From the human T2T-CHM13v2.0 reference genome, Homo sapiens, in assembly GCF_009914755.1 (NCBI RefSeq), contig NC_060931.1: a stretch of DNA of 64,000 nt; one strand, given 5' to 3'. The notes beneath the pieces were generated by a model. It had not been told where the DNA came from. It searched no databases and was given only the letters and a program-made list of their open reading frames with translations. Of the stretch, positions 38,939-56,745 are shown one piece after another (position 1 is the first letter of the stretch; each line of letters opens with the position of its first letter). The position numbers and the translations under genes are program-made.

Positions 38939-40288
38939 CACATGTATATAAATATTAAATTTCCCTCTTCAGGGGAAATTAATTTTTGCAATTCACTGTT
39001 GTATGCAATCTCAAGTGTAGAACATTTCCATAGGAAATGAATGATTCATTTCAATTACAGTGAAAGGCATTTTACAAGTCAAAAACCTATCCAGACAGGA
39101 ACCTGTTAAGAGAGTATTTTCTAATTGATATTCCAAAATAGTGGAGTAAAAGCGTGTTTTTCATTACTCTGTTGGTGAATACCATCTCTGTGTTTTTTCT
39201 GGAATTAGTGGGCAGCTTCTTTTGATATAATTAGGTGCTAAAATCTGGGAAAAGAGATTTTTTCTCCCACTTTGGTCCTCTAATGGGGGATTGCAACATT
39301 CTGCGGTTGTGTGAAAAGCATGCAGTTGGCTGCTTGAGCGGGATCCTTGGATCCTACTGATGGAGTGATTATGGTGCCAAAGTGTTCTTTTTGAAGTCCT
39401 GGTATTGACTCCAACATTTCCTGTGGAAACTGAAGGCCGGGAAATGGTGGGAGATTTAAGAAAAAGTAGATCTACACAGAATATTATAAAATAGATATAC
39501 ATTATTTTCCCTTTTCTTATTGGAACTAGTCAAGCAGCTTAGAGTAAATACGGTTTGCTATTTAGTCCTTCTGCCTTAAAGTCTTTGTTTATTCTCGTTT
39601 TTCCATAAATATTTGTGGAATACCTATTTGCACTGGGGATGCAATGGTGAACAAAAAAGACATTTTCCCCTTCACTTGCCATGGTGAACATTAGAGTCTA
39701 ATGCAGAGAAGCAGGAATTAAACAGTTTTTACAAATGCATATGTGGGTCAGAAGTGTGATATTTTGAAAGTTCCAGGAATCCTACATAAATTGGGCGCAA
39801 AGGTGGTAGTGGGAAGTTAGCTCAAACATGAAGGTGAGTAGGTGAGAAGTGAGACGGAGAGCATTTTAGGCTCATTGTGCTTGGACTTAATAATCTCTTT
39901 TACTGAATGCCATGTAAGGGGCACCTTTCAAATTACCACGAAGATGACAAAATGAAAAATTATTTAATAAAATGAAAATAAAAATAAAATTTTTCATATC
40001 ACCCTCTATTATACTTGTAGCAATAGTTTCAAAGGTGATGATATTTTATGTCTAATATTTACTTTAATCTTTTTGGTTTTTTTTATTATACTTTAAGTTC
40101 TGGGATACATGTGCAGAACATGCAGGTTTGTTACATAGGTATACATGTGCCATGGTGGTCTGCTGCACCCATCAGCCCATCATCTACATTAGGTATTTCT
40201 CCTAATACTATCCCTTCCCTATCACCCCAGCTACCAGCAGGTCCCAGTGTGTGATTTTCCCTTCCATGTGTCCATGTGTTCTCATTGT

Positions 40289-44114
<3,826 letters not shown>

Positions 44115-44174
44115 TTTGATGCTAGCTGGTTATTTTGCCAGTTAGTTGATGCAGTTTCTTTATAGTGTTGATGG

Positions 44175-45190
44175 TCTTTACAATTTGGTATGTTTTTGCA
44201 GTGGCTGGTACTGGTTTTTCCTTTCCATATTTAGTGCGTCCTTCAAGAGCTCTTGTAAAGCAGGCCTGGTGGTGACAAAATGTCTCAGCATTTGCTTGTC
44301 TGTAAAGGATTTTATTTCTCTTTTGCTTATGAAGCTTAGTTTGGCTGGATATGAAATTCTGGGTTAAATCTTTTCCTTAAGAATGTTGAATATTGTCCCT
44401 CACTCTCTTCTGGCTTGTAGGGTTTCTGCAGAGAGACTCACTGTTAGTCTGATGGGCTTCCCTTTGTGGGTAACTCGACCTTTCTCTATGGCTGCCCTTA
44501 ACATTTTTTCCTTCATTTCAACGTTGGTGAATCTGACAATTATGTGTCTTGGTGTTACTCTTCTTGAAGAGTATCTTTGTGGTGTTCTCTGTATTTCCTG
44601 AATTTGGATGTTGGCCTGTCTTGCTAGGTTGGGGAAGTTCTCCTGGATAATATCCCAAAGAGTGTTTTCCAACTTGGTTCCATTCTCCCCATCACTTTCA
44701 GGTACAGCAATCAAACGTAGGTTTGGTCTTTTCACATAGTCCCATATTTCTTGGAGGCTTTGTTTGTTCCTTTTCATTCTTTTTTCTCTAATCTTGTTTT
44801 CATGCTTTATATCATTAAGTTGATCTTCAATCTCTGGTATCCTTTCTTCCGCTTGATCAATTCGGCTATTGATACTAGTGTGTGCTTCACAAATTTCTCG
44901 TGCTGTGTTTTTCGGCTTCATCAGGTCATTTATGTTCTTCTTTAAACTGGTTATTCTAGTTAGCAATTCCTCTAACCTTTTTTCAAGGTTCTTAGCTTCC
45001 TTGCATTGGGTTAGAACATGCTCCTTTAGCTCGGAGGAGTTTGTTATTACCCACCTTCTGAAGCCTACTTCTGTCAATTCATCAAATTCATTCTTTGTCC
45101 AGTTTTGTTCCTTGCTGGTGAGGAGTTGTGATCCTTTGGAGGAGAAGAGGCATTCTGGTTTTTGGAATTTTCAGCCTTTTTGTGCTGGTT
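44175..45190 (-). pseudogene. L1 ORF1, disrupted
   Basis: ORF 44400-45077 contains SLQEIWDYVKRPNLRLI, ENFPNLARQANIQIQEIQRTP and RHIIVRF; outer limits approximate. Confidence 0.92.
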
Positions 45191-46464
45191 TGCCTCATCT
45201 TCGTGGATTTATTTACCTTTGGTCTTTGATGTAGTTGACCTTCGGATGGAGTTTTTGTGTGGACATCCTTTTTGTTGATGTTGATGCTATTCCTTTCTGT
45301 TTGTTAGTTTTCCTTCTAACAGTCAGGTCCCTCTGCTGCAGATCTGCTGCCGTTTGCTGGCAGTCCACTCCAGACCCTGTTTGACTGGGTATCACCAGCG
45401 GAGGCTGCAGAACAGCAAAGATTGCTGGCTGTTCCTTCCTCTGGAAGCTTTGTCCCAGTGGGGCACCTGCCAGATGCAAGCCAGAGCTCTCCTGTATGAG
45501 GTGTCTGTCGACCCCTGCTGGGAGCTGTCTCCCAGTCAGGAGGCACAGGGATCAGGGACCCATTTGAGGAGGCAGTCTGTCCCTTAGCAGAGCTCAAGTG
45601 CTGTGCTGGGAGATCTGCTGCTCTCTTCAGAGCCAGCAGGCAGGAACATTTAACTCTGCTGAAGCTGCACCCACAGCCACCCCTTTCCCCAGGTGCTCTG
45701 TCCTAGGGTGATGGGAGCTTTATCTATCACATTTTTGTTATTATTTTGTGGTATTCTAAAGGGCAAGTCTTTTTATCATTAAATTCTTAGAACTTACTTT
45801 TGAGGACTTCTTTGGAAAATCAAAGGCATAAACGGTATTTTTCTGGATTGTTAAAAACCTTGACATTTTGAATGTTGTCAACTTTTCTTGAAGGATTATT
45901 AGGTGAAGACTTTTCTAGAACTGATTTCTTTTCTCCTAGGACTATCACATATCCTATCTTTGAGAAACATCTTCAGTAAAGAACCATTTGTCTTCAATAA
46001 CTTTTAGATCTTGACATGTTTTAATTGCAGTTCATCAACCTTGCATTGATTGTCTTATGGCCTAAGGCTGAACTCCTCTATCAGCCTTGCAGAGAGAACA
46101 TCTCAGGAATTCAGCATGGAATGGTAATACTTGTCTTGTGGATTATCATATTACAAATTTGCCTTCCTTTGCATTATTTGCACTTCTACACTTCACACTT
46201 GAATGACTTGTATACGGTCATTTTAGCAGACAGTTATATGCACACAGGTTGTATTTATGCATATATGAATGTCTAAGCATCCATACAAACTACAAAAACT
46301 GCAGTCAGTTATCCAGAGGCTTTGTCTGCAAGAGGCCAAACATGCAGTAGTTCACCATTACTACTTCTTCCCCAGTGTTTGAAACTGTGAGGCAATATCA
46401 AGACCACACAGTTCTTAGGGAGATTGAATCTCATAGCTCCAGTCCACCAATATTATGCGGGGAC

Positions 46465-46646
46465 TGTTATAGATTGAAGCATATTCTCTCAAGGTTTGTA
46501 TGTTGAAGTACCCCAGTACCTCACAATATGACCTTATTTGGAAAAAGTGTCCTTGCAGATGTAACTAGTTGAGATGAGGTCACAGTGGGATAGGGTGGAG
46601 CTCTAATATGACTCATGTCCTTATAAAATGGGGAGATTTGGACACA

Positions 46647-46702
<56 letters not shown>

Positions 46703-46952
46703 AACACCATGTGAAGATGAAGGCAGAGGCAGAGATGGGGTAATGCTTTTACAGGACAAAGAATGCCAAAGATTGCCAATAGACCACCAGAAGCTAGGCA
46801 AGAAGTGTGGAACAGCTTTTCCCTCACAGGTTTTAGAAGGAACCAACCTGGCCAACACCTTGATCTCTCAGACTTATATGCTCTAGACCAATGAGAGAAT
46901 ACCTTGCTTTTATTTAAGCCACCCAGTTTGTGATCCTTTGTTATATGACCTA
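46465..46952 (+). mobile_element. MLT1B/C solo LTR with an internal (CA)n expansion
   Basis: TGTTATAGATTGAA..GACCTTATTTGGAAA..TTGCAGATGTAA..CCACCAGAAGCTAGG..TTTAAGCCACCCAGTTTGTG. Confidence 0.88.
46642..46699. repeat. (CA)n microsatellite, one interruption
   Basis: Direct reading. Confidence 0.97.
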
Positions 46953-49294
46953 ATTTCAATGACCCCCATTTCAGTTGGTCCACCAGGACTAATCAAGTCT
47001 CCAAACCTTTTAATTAAGAAAAATTCACCCACATAACAGCTCACTGATTGGAATTTTCAGCTTCCCTCTTGCCTGTGACACTCAGTACCTCCTCTTCGTC
47101 TTATGGTACCTGTATTTATTCCACTTCAGCTCTTTCCACACCTGCTCTGTCCTACTACTTCTCCTTCTTGTCCTCTGCGAGTTTCTGCATTATACTTTGC
47201 AAAAGCCCTTCAATCTTCTCTGAGTATTTCTTCTGCTTTTTCCATTTCAAATAAATACTGGTGTTTTTATCCTCACTATTGGAATATATATATTTTGAAA
47301 TCCATTAGCATGAAATAATGTTCTGTGGGTCTGGAAGGTCTTTCTCCACTTTCTTCTTTTCCCTCATGCCTACTGCTTCTGTTCTTCCCTTTCATGATCT
47401 CCAAGTCATAGACTCCCCACTATTGTCTAGGCCATCCATGTGACTTGTGTTATGTGACTTTGTGCATTCACTTGCGTTCTTAACCATGCCAGACTTCTTG
47501 GTATGTCTCTTCAATATTTTTTGTGTCATCCTAAAATTCTTTGCAGTCTTGACTTTGTGACATGTTGTAATTAATGATAACTTTAATCACATTGCCTGTT
47601 TCTCTGTTCTAACTTTGTTGAATAAAGTGACAAAATGGCACTGTTGGGTCCATATCCTCTCATGTTATCAATCTCAGCTGGGCCCTTGCTATTGCAGAGC
47701 TGTTACGGCATTTCTATTCAGTTCTATTTTCCTGTCTACCAAATATGACTTAGGTCCTGGTAGATTATTTTTTCTTCCAGACTGGTGAAGTTGAGGCTAC
47801 ATGACATAGCGCCCTTAGTGTCTAAAGATGGAAATCATTGCATTCCTTCCACAACAAAAACAACAACAACAAAAACCCACCTCTGCTCTTTGTATTCCTC
47901 ATAATTATCTATGCAGTCAGCCCTTGCAAGCCTTCAAATTTGAACCCAAATTTACTTTCTGAAAATATTTTCAACATATATATTGGACTACAATTTAAAT
48001 AGAATATAAGCCATACCCCAAATATGCTTTAAATTTTCCCAGCTTCATGCCTCTACTATTTCATTCTTCTGAATGCTGCTATTTTTTACTCCCAATTTTG
48101 CCTATATCAAATAATTTCCTAGACCCAACTCAAATGCTACGTTTCCATCAAGCTACTCCTGATCTCCCGGCTGGTTATAATTTTTTTTCCCTTTTATGAC
48201 ATAGTTCCTATAAGTACTATAACAATTATATTATTATTATAATGTACACATTCACCTTTGCTATGTTAATTGATTCTAAGCTTCTTTGTGGAAGGCATAC
48301 AATCTTATTATTCTTTCTATCTCCTATTCTTCTATGTTCCCTACATGTAATATAAAATAAATGGGTTAAATAAATAAATAATTTTAGAATGACTTTTGAG
48401 TAGTTATAGCCAAATAAGTATGTGCATACTTAATTTTTCATTCAGATATCTGGAGATATTTAAGCATAGTAATCTCAGCATTGAAATGTCATTTTTTAAA
48501 AAAGAGATGATAGAATAATATTTTAAAACAAAGCAAAACCCAAACCCAAACCAAGCAAACACAAAAACACTATGGAATCTAACACATGCAGCTCAACATT
48601 TTATAACTATTGTGCTTTAGTTTTCCTTACTGTAAAGGATTTCCTAATTCAAAGGAAAATTTTGAGGATAAATGAGAAAACAGGTCTGTGTCTTTCTCTG
48701 TATGTAGGTGAGTAAAGGTGCACAAATCTGCCAAAAGTGTGTACTTTTTTGGTGTGTTTTTCTAGGATACATTTTGTAGATTTACTCTGAATACCATTTA
48801 TTGTTTCCCAGACGATTTTCAATGTAGGCATTCTTTGCCTTCATTCTGTCTGCATCTAGATGCGCTCCCATAATTCTGAAAAATGCAAATACAAAGCCAG
48901 GAGGATAAATTCTGTACTTCTCTGTTCTGTAACCTCAAAAAAGCAACAATGCATAAAATGCTGTCACTTGGGAACACAAAAAGACATTCATGCTTAGCAT
49001 TCTGTTCTACTTTTTTTAAAACACAGCGATGGCTGCTGTATCTAGTGCTTTACATATCTTTTCTAGGGTAGGCCTGAGAATTGCTAGTGTACCTCTCCCC
49101 ACTTCATCCTAGCTCTCCTTAAGTCTTTCAATCCTTCTGCTTATAACTTCTCTCTTATTCTTGCTGCCTAATTGGGTTGAAAGATGGAATTAGAGGACCT
49201 ATGAAGAAGTTTGTTTGGGTTGTAATACTTTTTATTTTTTTGTAGTCTTCGAGCCATACATTGTTGACATGATAACGACTTCTGTTGTTAATGA

Positions 49295-49538
49295 ATACAG
49301 CATGTGCTTTTTGAGTTCCAGAAACCTAAATTTGAATTCCAGTTCCACCATTTATCCCCAGTGACTTTGAGCAAACTGATCAAACTCTCTCAACTTCAAT
49401 TTTCTTATCTTTAAAAAGCAGACAATAACATTTGTTTTACAGGGGGGCTGTTGGGAGTTTTAGATAAAATTGTGTATGTAAAGCACGCAGCACAGTGCCT
49501 GGAACATAGTTGCTGCTTAATAATTGGTGGATATTATT
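49295..49538 (+). mobile_element. MIR
   Basis: GTGACTTTGAGCAA..TTTTCTTATCTTTAAAA..GTAAAGCAC..CACAGTGCCTGGAACATAG. Confidence 0.8.
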
Positions 49539-51293
49539 CTGCTTCTACGTAGGGAACATATGATAACAATTTTCATTTAAATACTGCAATTTTAATTGAC
49601 CATAAAGTCTGTTTTCATAATAGCGATGGTTCATAACTATGAACCAAGCTTACCCCATGTCTCCTCCACCACTTTGCCCTCCAACTCCAACTTACTTTTG
49701 GAAGATGCTTTCTTTAGGAAGATGGGGACATGCTTTTGATTTCATGGCCACTGCAAGTAGAGTGGGGAGGGGACAAAAATCTTTCTGTTCTAAACAGTTC
49801 TTATACAACTTCTCAATTTTCCACTGTCTTTTTGTCTTCTATCTCCCCAGGATATTAATGCTGAGAAAAAACTAACTTTAGTGCAACACACAGAAACAGC
49901 ATCAACTATAAAGTTCTGGACAAAGAAAAATGTAATTTCTCCCACACCGAAGCCTTGGTTCCACTCAGGATTGGGCATCATCATAGACTTACCTCCTTGG
50001 AAGAGGAGAAGAGCTACTTAGTAACTCTCTTGAGAAAAATCTCAGGTACCCTAATCTGTTTTACGAGGTGATTGACTCTATAAAATTTTCAGGAGAAGAT
50101 TTTCTTTTTCACTTGTTAGAAATGAAGTTTTTGCAGGACAACTATGCTTCAAATCACTTAAGGGGGCACTATAGAGTTTTATACAGATTAAAAGTCAGAA
50201 TCTGAAGGCCAAAAAAAGTCTCAGCCTGGTAAAAGGTTTTGTGATTAAAGACATAGAGGAATTGAGAACAAAATTTGAAAGATTTGGGGGTAAGGGGTAT
50301 AGTTTCAAACTACCCAGCGTGGGGGTAAACCAAATTAAAAATACCTTTGTTCTCTTCTGGGCCTTCTAGTCACACTTGCTGTACCTGCCATGGTTTGAAC
50401 ATATCTCAAGTAGATATGATTTTGGAACGGAATTTCAAAAACTCAGCTTTCCAATAGAGCTTCCCATCACATTTTATAGGAGTAAAATGTGGCCACCAAA
50501 CCTCAACTCATTATCCAGGGAATGTGACAAGCAAGGTTGGGATCCAAGTCCTTACCAAGCACTGGATAAATATCATAAAATACATTAAAATTATCAGATC
50601 GTCATGTTATGTTAATTTAAATGGCAGATCTTTTTAGAAACCACTGTTTGAACCTATGTGTAATTAATCATTTAAAAAATAAATACTATCCATATATATT
50701 CTTATATATGTACAGAAAATACTTGAAAGGTAACCAAGAAACTGTTAAGAATGATTTCCATTGGGGTTTGGCTGAAAAAGAGAATTTTACTTTTTATTTT
50801 ATACTCTTGTATTGTTTGACTTCTTACTCTGTCCCTGAATATATACACATACAAGTATACACTAGTTTATGAAAATTATGTACATAATATTGTCTGTAGT
50901 ATAAATAAATTCAAAGCAAACATCATATATATTATATATCCCTGTTATTCAAAGTCTTCACTTACCCTACCTTGTGGGATATTTCAGACTATATAATGCT
51001 TTTGCTGCACATGTCACCCTGGTTTCTTTCTCCCTCTCTTTCTTTGTGGCTCATTCACTTTTGTTTACAAAATTTCTTTTTTGCCTCCTAATGTAGAACA
51101 GTTTACCTCTCTCTCTCTCTCTTTCTCTGTTTGAATAGGATTGACCCAACTTCAGATCTCATCTTCTTTAAGTGGCTTATTAAGTATTTTATTAAACAAT
51201 AGATAAGTATTACCTCTAATAATAAAAATATATTTTTCAATAGAAAGGTTATGAATAGTTTTGTGGAAAGTGAAACATAAGAAGAGGCTTCTG

Positions 51294-51600
51294 GGCAGGG
51301 TGCAGCGGCTCATGCCTGTAATACCAACACATTGGGAGGCCGAGGTGGTTAGATCACCTGATGTAGGGAGTTTCAGACCAGCCTGACCAACATGGTGAAA
51401 CCTCATCTCTACTAAAAAATACCAAAAATTAGCCAGGCGTAGTGGTGGGGGCCTGTAATCCCAGCTACTCAGGAGGCTGAGGCAGGAGAATCACTTTAAC
51501 TTGGGAGGCAGAGGTTGCAGTGAGCCCAGATCATGCCATTGCACTCCAGCCTGGGCAACAAGAGTGAAACTCTGTCTCAAAAAAAAAAAAAAAAAAAAAA
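51294..51600 (+). mobile_element. Alu (AluSq/Sp-like)
   Basis: CAGCCTGACCAACATGG and GGGCAACAAGAGTGAAACTC; pure A tail; TSD AGGCTTCTG. Confidence 0.95.
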
Positions 51601-51879
51601 AGGCTTCTGGAATATCAGAAGTTTTGTGGCAGCTGTGTTGGAGTCCAGGTTTGATGGTGCTAATTAGAGAAGAGAAGAACCACATCTTAGAAGAGCTGCT
51701 TTACTGGACAGAATATTAAAGCAGGAACTCTAGCCCACAGGATAAGGCATACAACTAGTTACTGCAGCTAGAGTACAAATGGGTACAATTAGTCTTTAGA
51801 AATTTTTCAGAAACCCAGTTACTGATGCAAATTTATTATCAGGGTAAAAATTTTGTGATAAGAATCAGGAGCTAGCTCC

Positions 51880-52042
51880 TGTGTTTCCCAATCTTGGATG
51901 CAAATTGGAATCATGTGGGAAGCTTCGACATCCGTGAGTTCAGATTCCCACCCCAGATTCATATTTAGTCTGTCTGGGGTGTAAGCTGGGTGTGGGGCTT
52001 ACCTAGAAGTCTCTATTATTCAGCCAACATTTAGAACCACTG
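51880..52042. mobile_element. MER5-family MITE
   Basis: CTGTGTTTCCCAATCTTGG..TTGGAATCA ... TTTAGAACCACTG. Confidence 0.65.
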
Positions 52043-52864
52043 TGCCGGGATGAATTAGTGCCAAATCACCTAAGTGAGATGAATCTCAGAAGCTGAGACT
52101 GCAGATGAGTGTCCAGTGAGCTCAGCAGTGAGGAGGAGAGAGCTGGGGAGGTGAATGGGTAAGAGAGCCAGATACATTATTGAAACTGGGGGTAAGAGGG
52201 TCCAAATGTCTTCAACAGATTTTGAGCCTCATTAGAGGTGAACTGGAGTTAAGGCTAGAACCCAGACCACGTGTTCTCCCTCATTTTACCTCATCCTCTG
52301 TCAGTGCATCATACCATTTAGATTCAACAATCTCAGCTCTCTCCAAATCTCTATCACCTTCTTATAGCTACTGGTTGATCGTCCTTTCTCCTGTTTTGCT
52401 GTAATACCCTCATTTAGTTATATAAAGTGCTTCAAGAGTTCATATGCAACAGAGTGGAAATTAAGCTCAAGCAAGTGGTCAGAGTGAAGTATGGTAACAC
52501 TTTTTCTTGGCTTTGACAGTTCTTACAAGATTAGGAAGAATAAATGCAAAAATTGCCATTAAAGCATCTTGTCCTTGGCTAAGGAATATGACACACCTTT
52601 ATGGTCTTTGCATAATTATGTTTCCTAAAATGGTAATGTACATAAATTAGAAAGAAAAACAGCAAAAGACCAGAATTTATTTTTGTCCAATTGGCAAACT
52701 CTTCAGTTTTTACCTTTATGTATTTATAACTTAGCATTAAAAGATTTAGTGACTTATTTCACTTTTACTTTCCAGCAAAATAGTATGGAAAAGAGCCAAA
52801 ATGGATATTTGATATTTTCATAACAAACAGAAATTTCATTAGACCATTAGGTTGATTATGTATA

Positions 52865-54150
52865 TGAGATGTCTTCACAAAGTTCATAGAAAATGCATGT
52901 TATGAAAAAACTAGGCATAGGTTTCATTTTCTTGCATCAAAATAAACTCTTACTCTTATAATGTATTATACCATATCTGAACAGAATCGAGTTTGAGGCA
53001 CTAAGGTAAATAAAACATCAGTTTGAAAAGAGCCCCCTCTCAGAGCAACATTATTATGCTAAAATTGAGGCAAGAACAAACATTACATTTATGGTGAAGC
53101 TTGGATGTAAAAATGGCAAAATCATTGATGCTTTACAAAAATTTTGTGAGGACAATGCCCCAATGAAGTCAGCAGTTTACAAATGGATAACTCATTTTAG
53201 GAAGAGATGAGATGACATTAAAGATGAAGCCTGTAGTGGCCGATCATCCACATCAATTTGGGAAGAGAAAATGAATCTAATTTGTGTCCAGTTTGAAGCA
53301 GACTGATGATTAACAGCACAAACAGCAGTCAACACTGTAGATATCTCATTTGGTTCAGCTTACACAATCCTGACTGCAAAATTACAGTTGAGCAAACTTT
53401 CCATTTGATGGGTGCCAAGGCCATGGTGCCTGGATCAGCTGCAGACAAGAGCAGAGCTTTCCAGGGAAATTTCAAACAAGTAGCATCAAGAGCCTGAAGC
53501 CTTTCTTCAAAGAATCGTAACAGGAAATCAAACAGGGCTTTACCAGTATGATTCTGAAGATAGAGCACAATCAAAGCAATGTCTACCAAGAGGTGAAGGT
53601 GGTCCAGGCAAAGCAAAAGCAGGCTGGTCCAGAGCAAAGGTAATGACAACAGTTTTTTGGGGATACTCAAGGCATTTTGCTGGTTGACTTTCTGGAGGGA
53701 TAAAGAATGATATTATCTGCTTATTATGAGAATGTGTTGACACAGCTAAAATTTCAGCAGAAAAACACCCAGTAAAGCTTCGCTAGGAAGTTCCCACCTC
53801 CAACAATGCTCCTGCTCATTCTTCTTGTCAAATAAGGACAATTTCGCAAGAGTTTCAATCATTAGCATCAACCTTACCATCCTGATATGGCTCCTTCTGA
53901 CTTCCTTTTGTTTTCTAATACTAAAAAATCTTTAAAGGACACCCATTTTTTTCAGTTAATAATGTAAAAAAGACTTTATTGACATGATTAACTTCCCAGG
54001 ACCCACAGTTCTTTCAAAACGGACTACATGGCTGATATCATCACTTATAAGTGTCTTAAACATGATGGAGCTTATGTTGAGAAGTAAAGCTTATATTCTT
54101 ATTTTTATGTTTTAATTCAATTTTTCCACAAACTTTTTGAAGTCCCCTCA
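52865..54150 (+). mobile_element. HSMAR2 mariner DNA transposon, full length (~1.29 kb)
   Basis: TA|TGAGATGTCTTCACAAAGTTCATAGAAAAT ... ATTTTTCCACAAACTTTTTGAAGTCCCCTCA|TA: ~30-bp TIRs with TA TSD and internal transposase homology. Confidence 0.95.
53050..54087 (+). pseudogene. Hsmar2 transposase pseudogene
   Basis: From 53058: AKIEARTNITFMVKLGCKNGKIIDALQKF..SAVYKW..*; WVP at 53409; IVTGNQTGLYQYD (decayed TGDETW) ~53514; NAPAH; PYHPDMAPSDF (YSPDLAPSD) ~53872; multiple stops and frameshifts. Confidence 0.92.
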
Positions 54151-54994
54151 TACTTATGGTACTGTTTTTGTTGGAATGAATGTGCAGTGTTTTCCTGTTT
54201 CCTTATTGCCTCTTTAATTGCAAACTTTCCCAAGGTTGTGTAAATAGCTCAGTTACTTTTTATTTTAAAAAGATTAATAGCCATTATTTTATAGAATTGT
54301 ATTTATGCGCATCCAATTAAATGATAATTTCCATTTTTGTTATTGAATACTTATCTATTATTTTCTGTCATTTAATGTGACCTTAGATTTCAAATTATTA
54401 GTTATTTTAAAATAAACGCTATGCACTGTTGGAATTGTCTTATCTTCTCCAAAAATTTAAATTGCTTTCTTAAATCTATTTTGAAGCACATAGAGCAAAA
54501 TTGGTTACATGAAATTTGTGGTTTGCTTATTGGAATTAAATGCAGCTAACTAGTTACAGCACAATCTGCTGATTCCGTTCATGCTGGGTCTATGAATAGG
54601 AAGTATAAAATTTGTGTTAGATAAGAGTCAGTGGATTTAGTACCCATGAATGAAGCCAGGTTGGCAACCTTTGAATGATACCAGATGGACATAGGAGATT
54701 TTATTTTTTATTTTAATGGACAGAATAGAGAAGCAGGTGCTACAGGACTACTCTCAGGGTGCTGCAGGGAATTTGGCTCCCATTTCCATTCTAGACTTAT
54801 TTTTTTGTTTGGAAACAGCTAAGGACTAGGGGTTGAAGGAAGAGGGGTGAATGACCACCAGATGGGAATTCCTGTGATATGAATTACTACTGTTAACTGT
54901 TACTGTCATGTTGTTAGGCTCACCATCAGGATTCTAATACTCAGCTACTTAAACTACTAGAGGTGTTAGAATCCATTCACTTAGCATCACTATA

Positions 54995-55160
54995 TCTTAG
55001 AATAGTAAGGGATCTTAACAGTCCTGTATCCCAATACCTTGTTTTTACAAATGAGACAAAAGAAGCCTACAGAAGGGAAATTTGCCTAAAGCTGCGAGGC
55101 TAATTAGTGGGACATGTACAACCTGACTCCAGATTCTTGACTTTATCACTGGTGCCATCA
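54995..55160 (-). mobile_element. MIR
   Basis: TTTTACAAATGAGACAAAAGAAGCCTACAGAAGGG..TTGCCTAAAG, a reverse MIR core. Confidence 0.6.
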
Positions 55161-56199
55161 CACTGTATTGTCAGCTTCTTAACAAATATCATCTGTTAAC
55201 ATATCATTTGTTAACTACCCACCACCTCCATGTATGAACTTGTGAAACAAACAAACAAAGAAATTCGCTGCCGTTGGCACTTTTGCATCTAAAGCAGCTC
55301 TTCCTTATTTGGTGCATCCTCTACTTGGGTTTCTACATAGACTTTCTTCTTTGGCAATTAGCATACTAGAAAGGAAAAATATTTGCAGCCTAATTTAAAT
55401 ATTCTAATTAACAGTCATTATTATTTTTAATATAATTCAATTGCATTACAAACATTGGAGAAAACAATTAAGGCAAACTGAGAGAAAGAAAAAAATCTGT
55501 CACAGTTATCACACTGCTGATCTCTTCTAGATCACTCCATATTGTGGCTACTTTCCTGGATTGAAAAAAGACATTCCTCTAGTTTCCTCATTTAGGTGGT
55601 ATGGTAGCAGATACAGCAGTGTCTCTATAACCTAAAAGAAATGCTCTATATTAAATGATTAGAGCAGTGAAAATTCTGTCTCATCGCAACATTGCCGAAT
55701 GACCAAACTATAGGATGTAAAATGAACAGAAAGGGAAATATGCATAAGTATGGAAATGTGTCTTGGTTTGTAGCCAGAGCTTTGCTAAACAAGTTTTAAG
55801 TGGTTAATATAAGTTTGTTATCCTTGCTTTCCCCTGAATTATTTCTATCAACAGCCACTCATTCTTGGCTTGATATCCTAGCCAGACTTGTTCTCAATTC
55901 TGCGTTGTTGGAACCATTTGGTCCTCTGGACAGGCTCTGTCCAGATTGCCTCAACTTCCTGTCCTTTCTCTTCCTAGGCCTCTCCCTCATGCCTTCATCA
56001 CTTATCCCAACCTGACTGGGTTATATTAAGATCCGTCATGGTCAGAGCTGTCTCCAGGCAGGATTCAAGCCCTTCTCTTCTAGCTCAGTGTTGGCAGACT
56101 CTAGCCCCAGTTGACCCTGACTAATCATGTGGCCCTAACCAAAGACCCCTCTTTTAATAAAAATTAATTATTCAAAACAGAGGTAACAATCCAGAGTAT

Positions 56200-56600
56200 A
56201 TGCATTTGGGCTTTGGAGACAGGCAGATCTAGGTTTAAAATCCAGCTTCAATTCTTATTATCTGCCTGACAGTAGGCAAAATACTTTTCCTTTCTAAGTC
56301 TCAGTTTATGTATCTTAGAGTAGGGAGTGGATAAATTAGGTAATTAATGCAGCTAATTTTGAGAGAGTAAGCACCAAAATATGATGTTTATTATGGGGTG
56401 AGGCAGGACAGCATGGTGAGCAGGAGTTTGGGCTTACCAGGCAGGCAGACATATATTTGAATCCTGACACCAGATATCATTAATGAGTTATTTTCTTCTC
56501 AGAGCCTTGATGTTTTCCTCTGCAAAATGAGATTAATAATAGTGCTTTCTTCACAGAGGATTTAGTGAGATAATAGCTTTAACTCACTTGGAACTTTATG
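56200..56600 (+). mobile_element. Two tandem MIR fragments
   Basis: GGCTTTGGAGACAGGCAGATCTAGGTTT..GTCTCAGTTT and TTTTCCTCTGCAAAATGAGATTAATAATAGTGC cores. Confidence 0.65.
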
Positions 56601-56745
56601 GTATATCTGGAGAGAAGAAGGAAGAAGGCAAGTTCACACTGCACTATATTGCCTCCCTCTGGATTCTTCACTGCCATGGTCTGCTCTTCCAGCAGAACTT
56701 GTGAACCTCCCAGAAGCCAAGTGCACTATTGGAGAATTGGAGGAA

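Noticed and set aside
39164-39502. 112-aa minus-strand ORF
   Set aside because: No recognisable homology or supporting splice/promoter signals.
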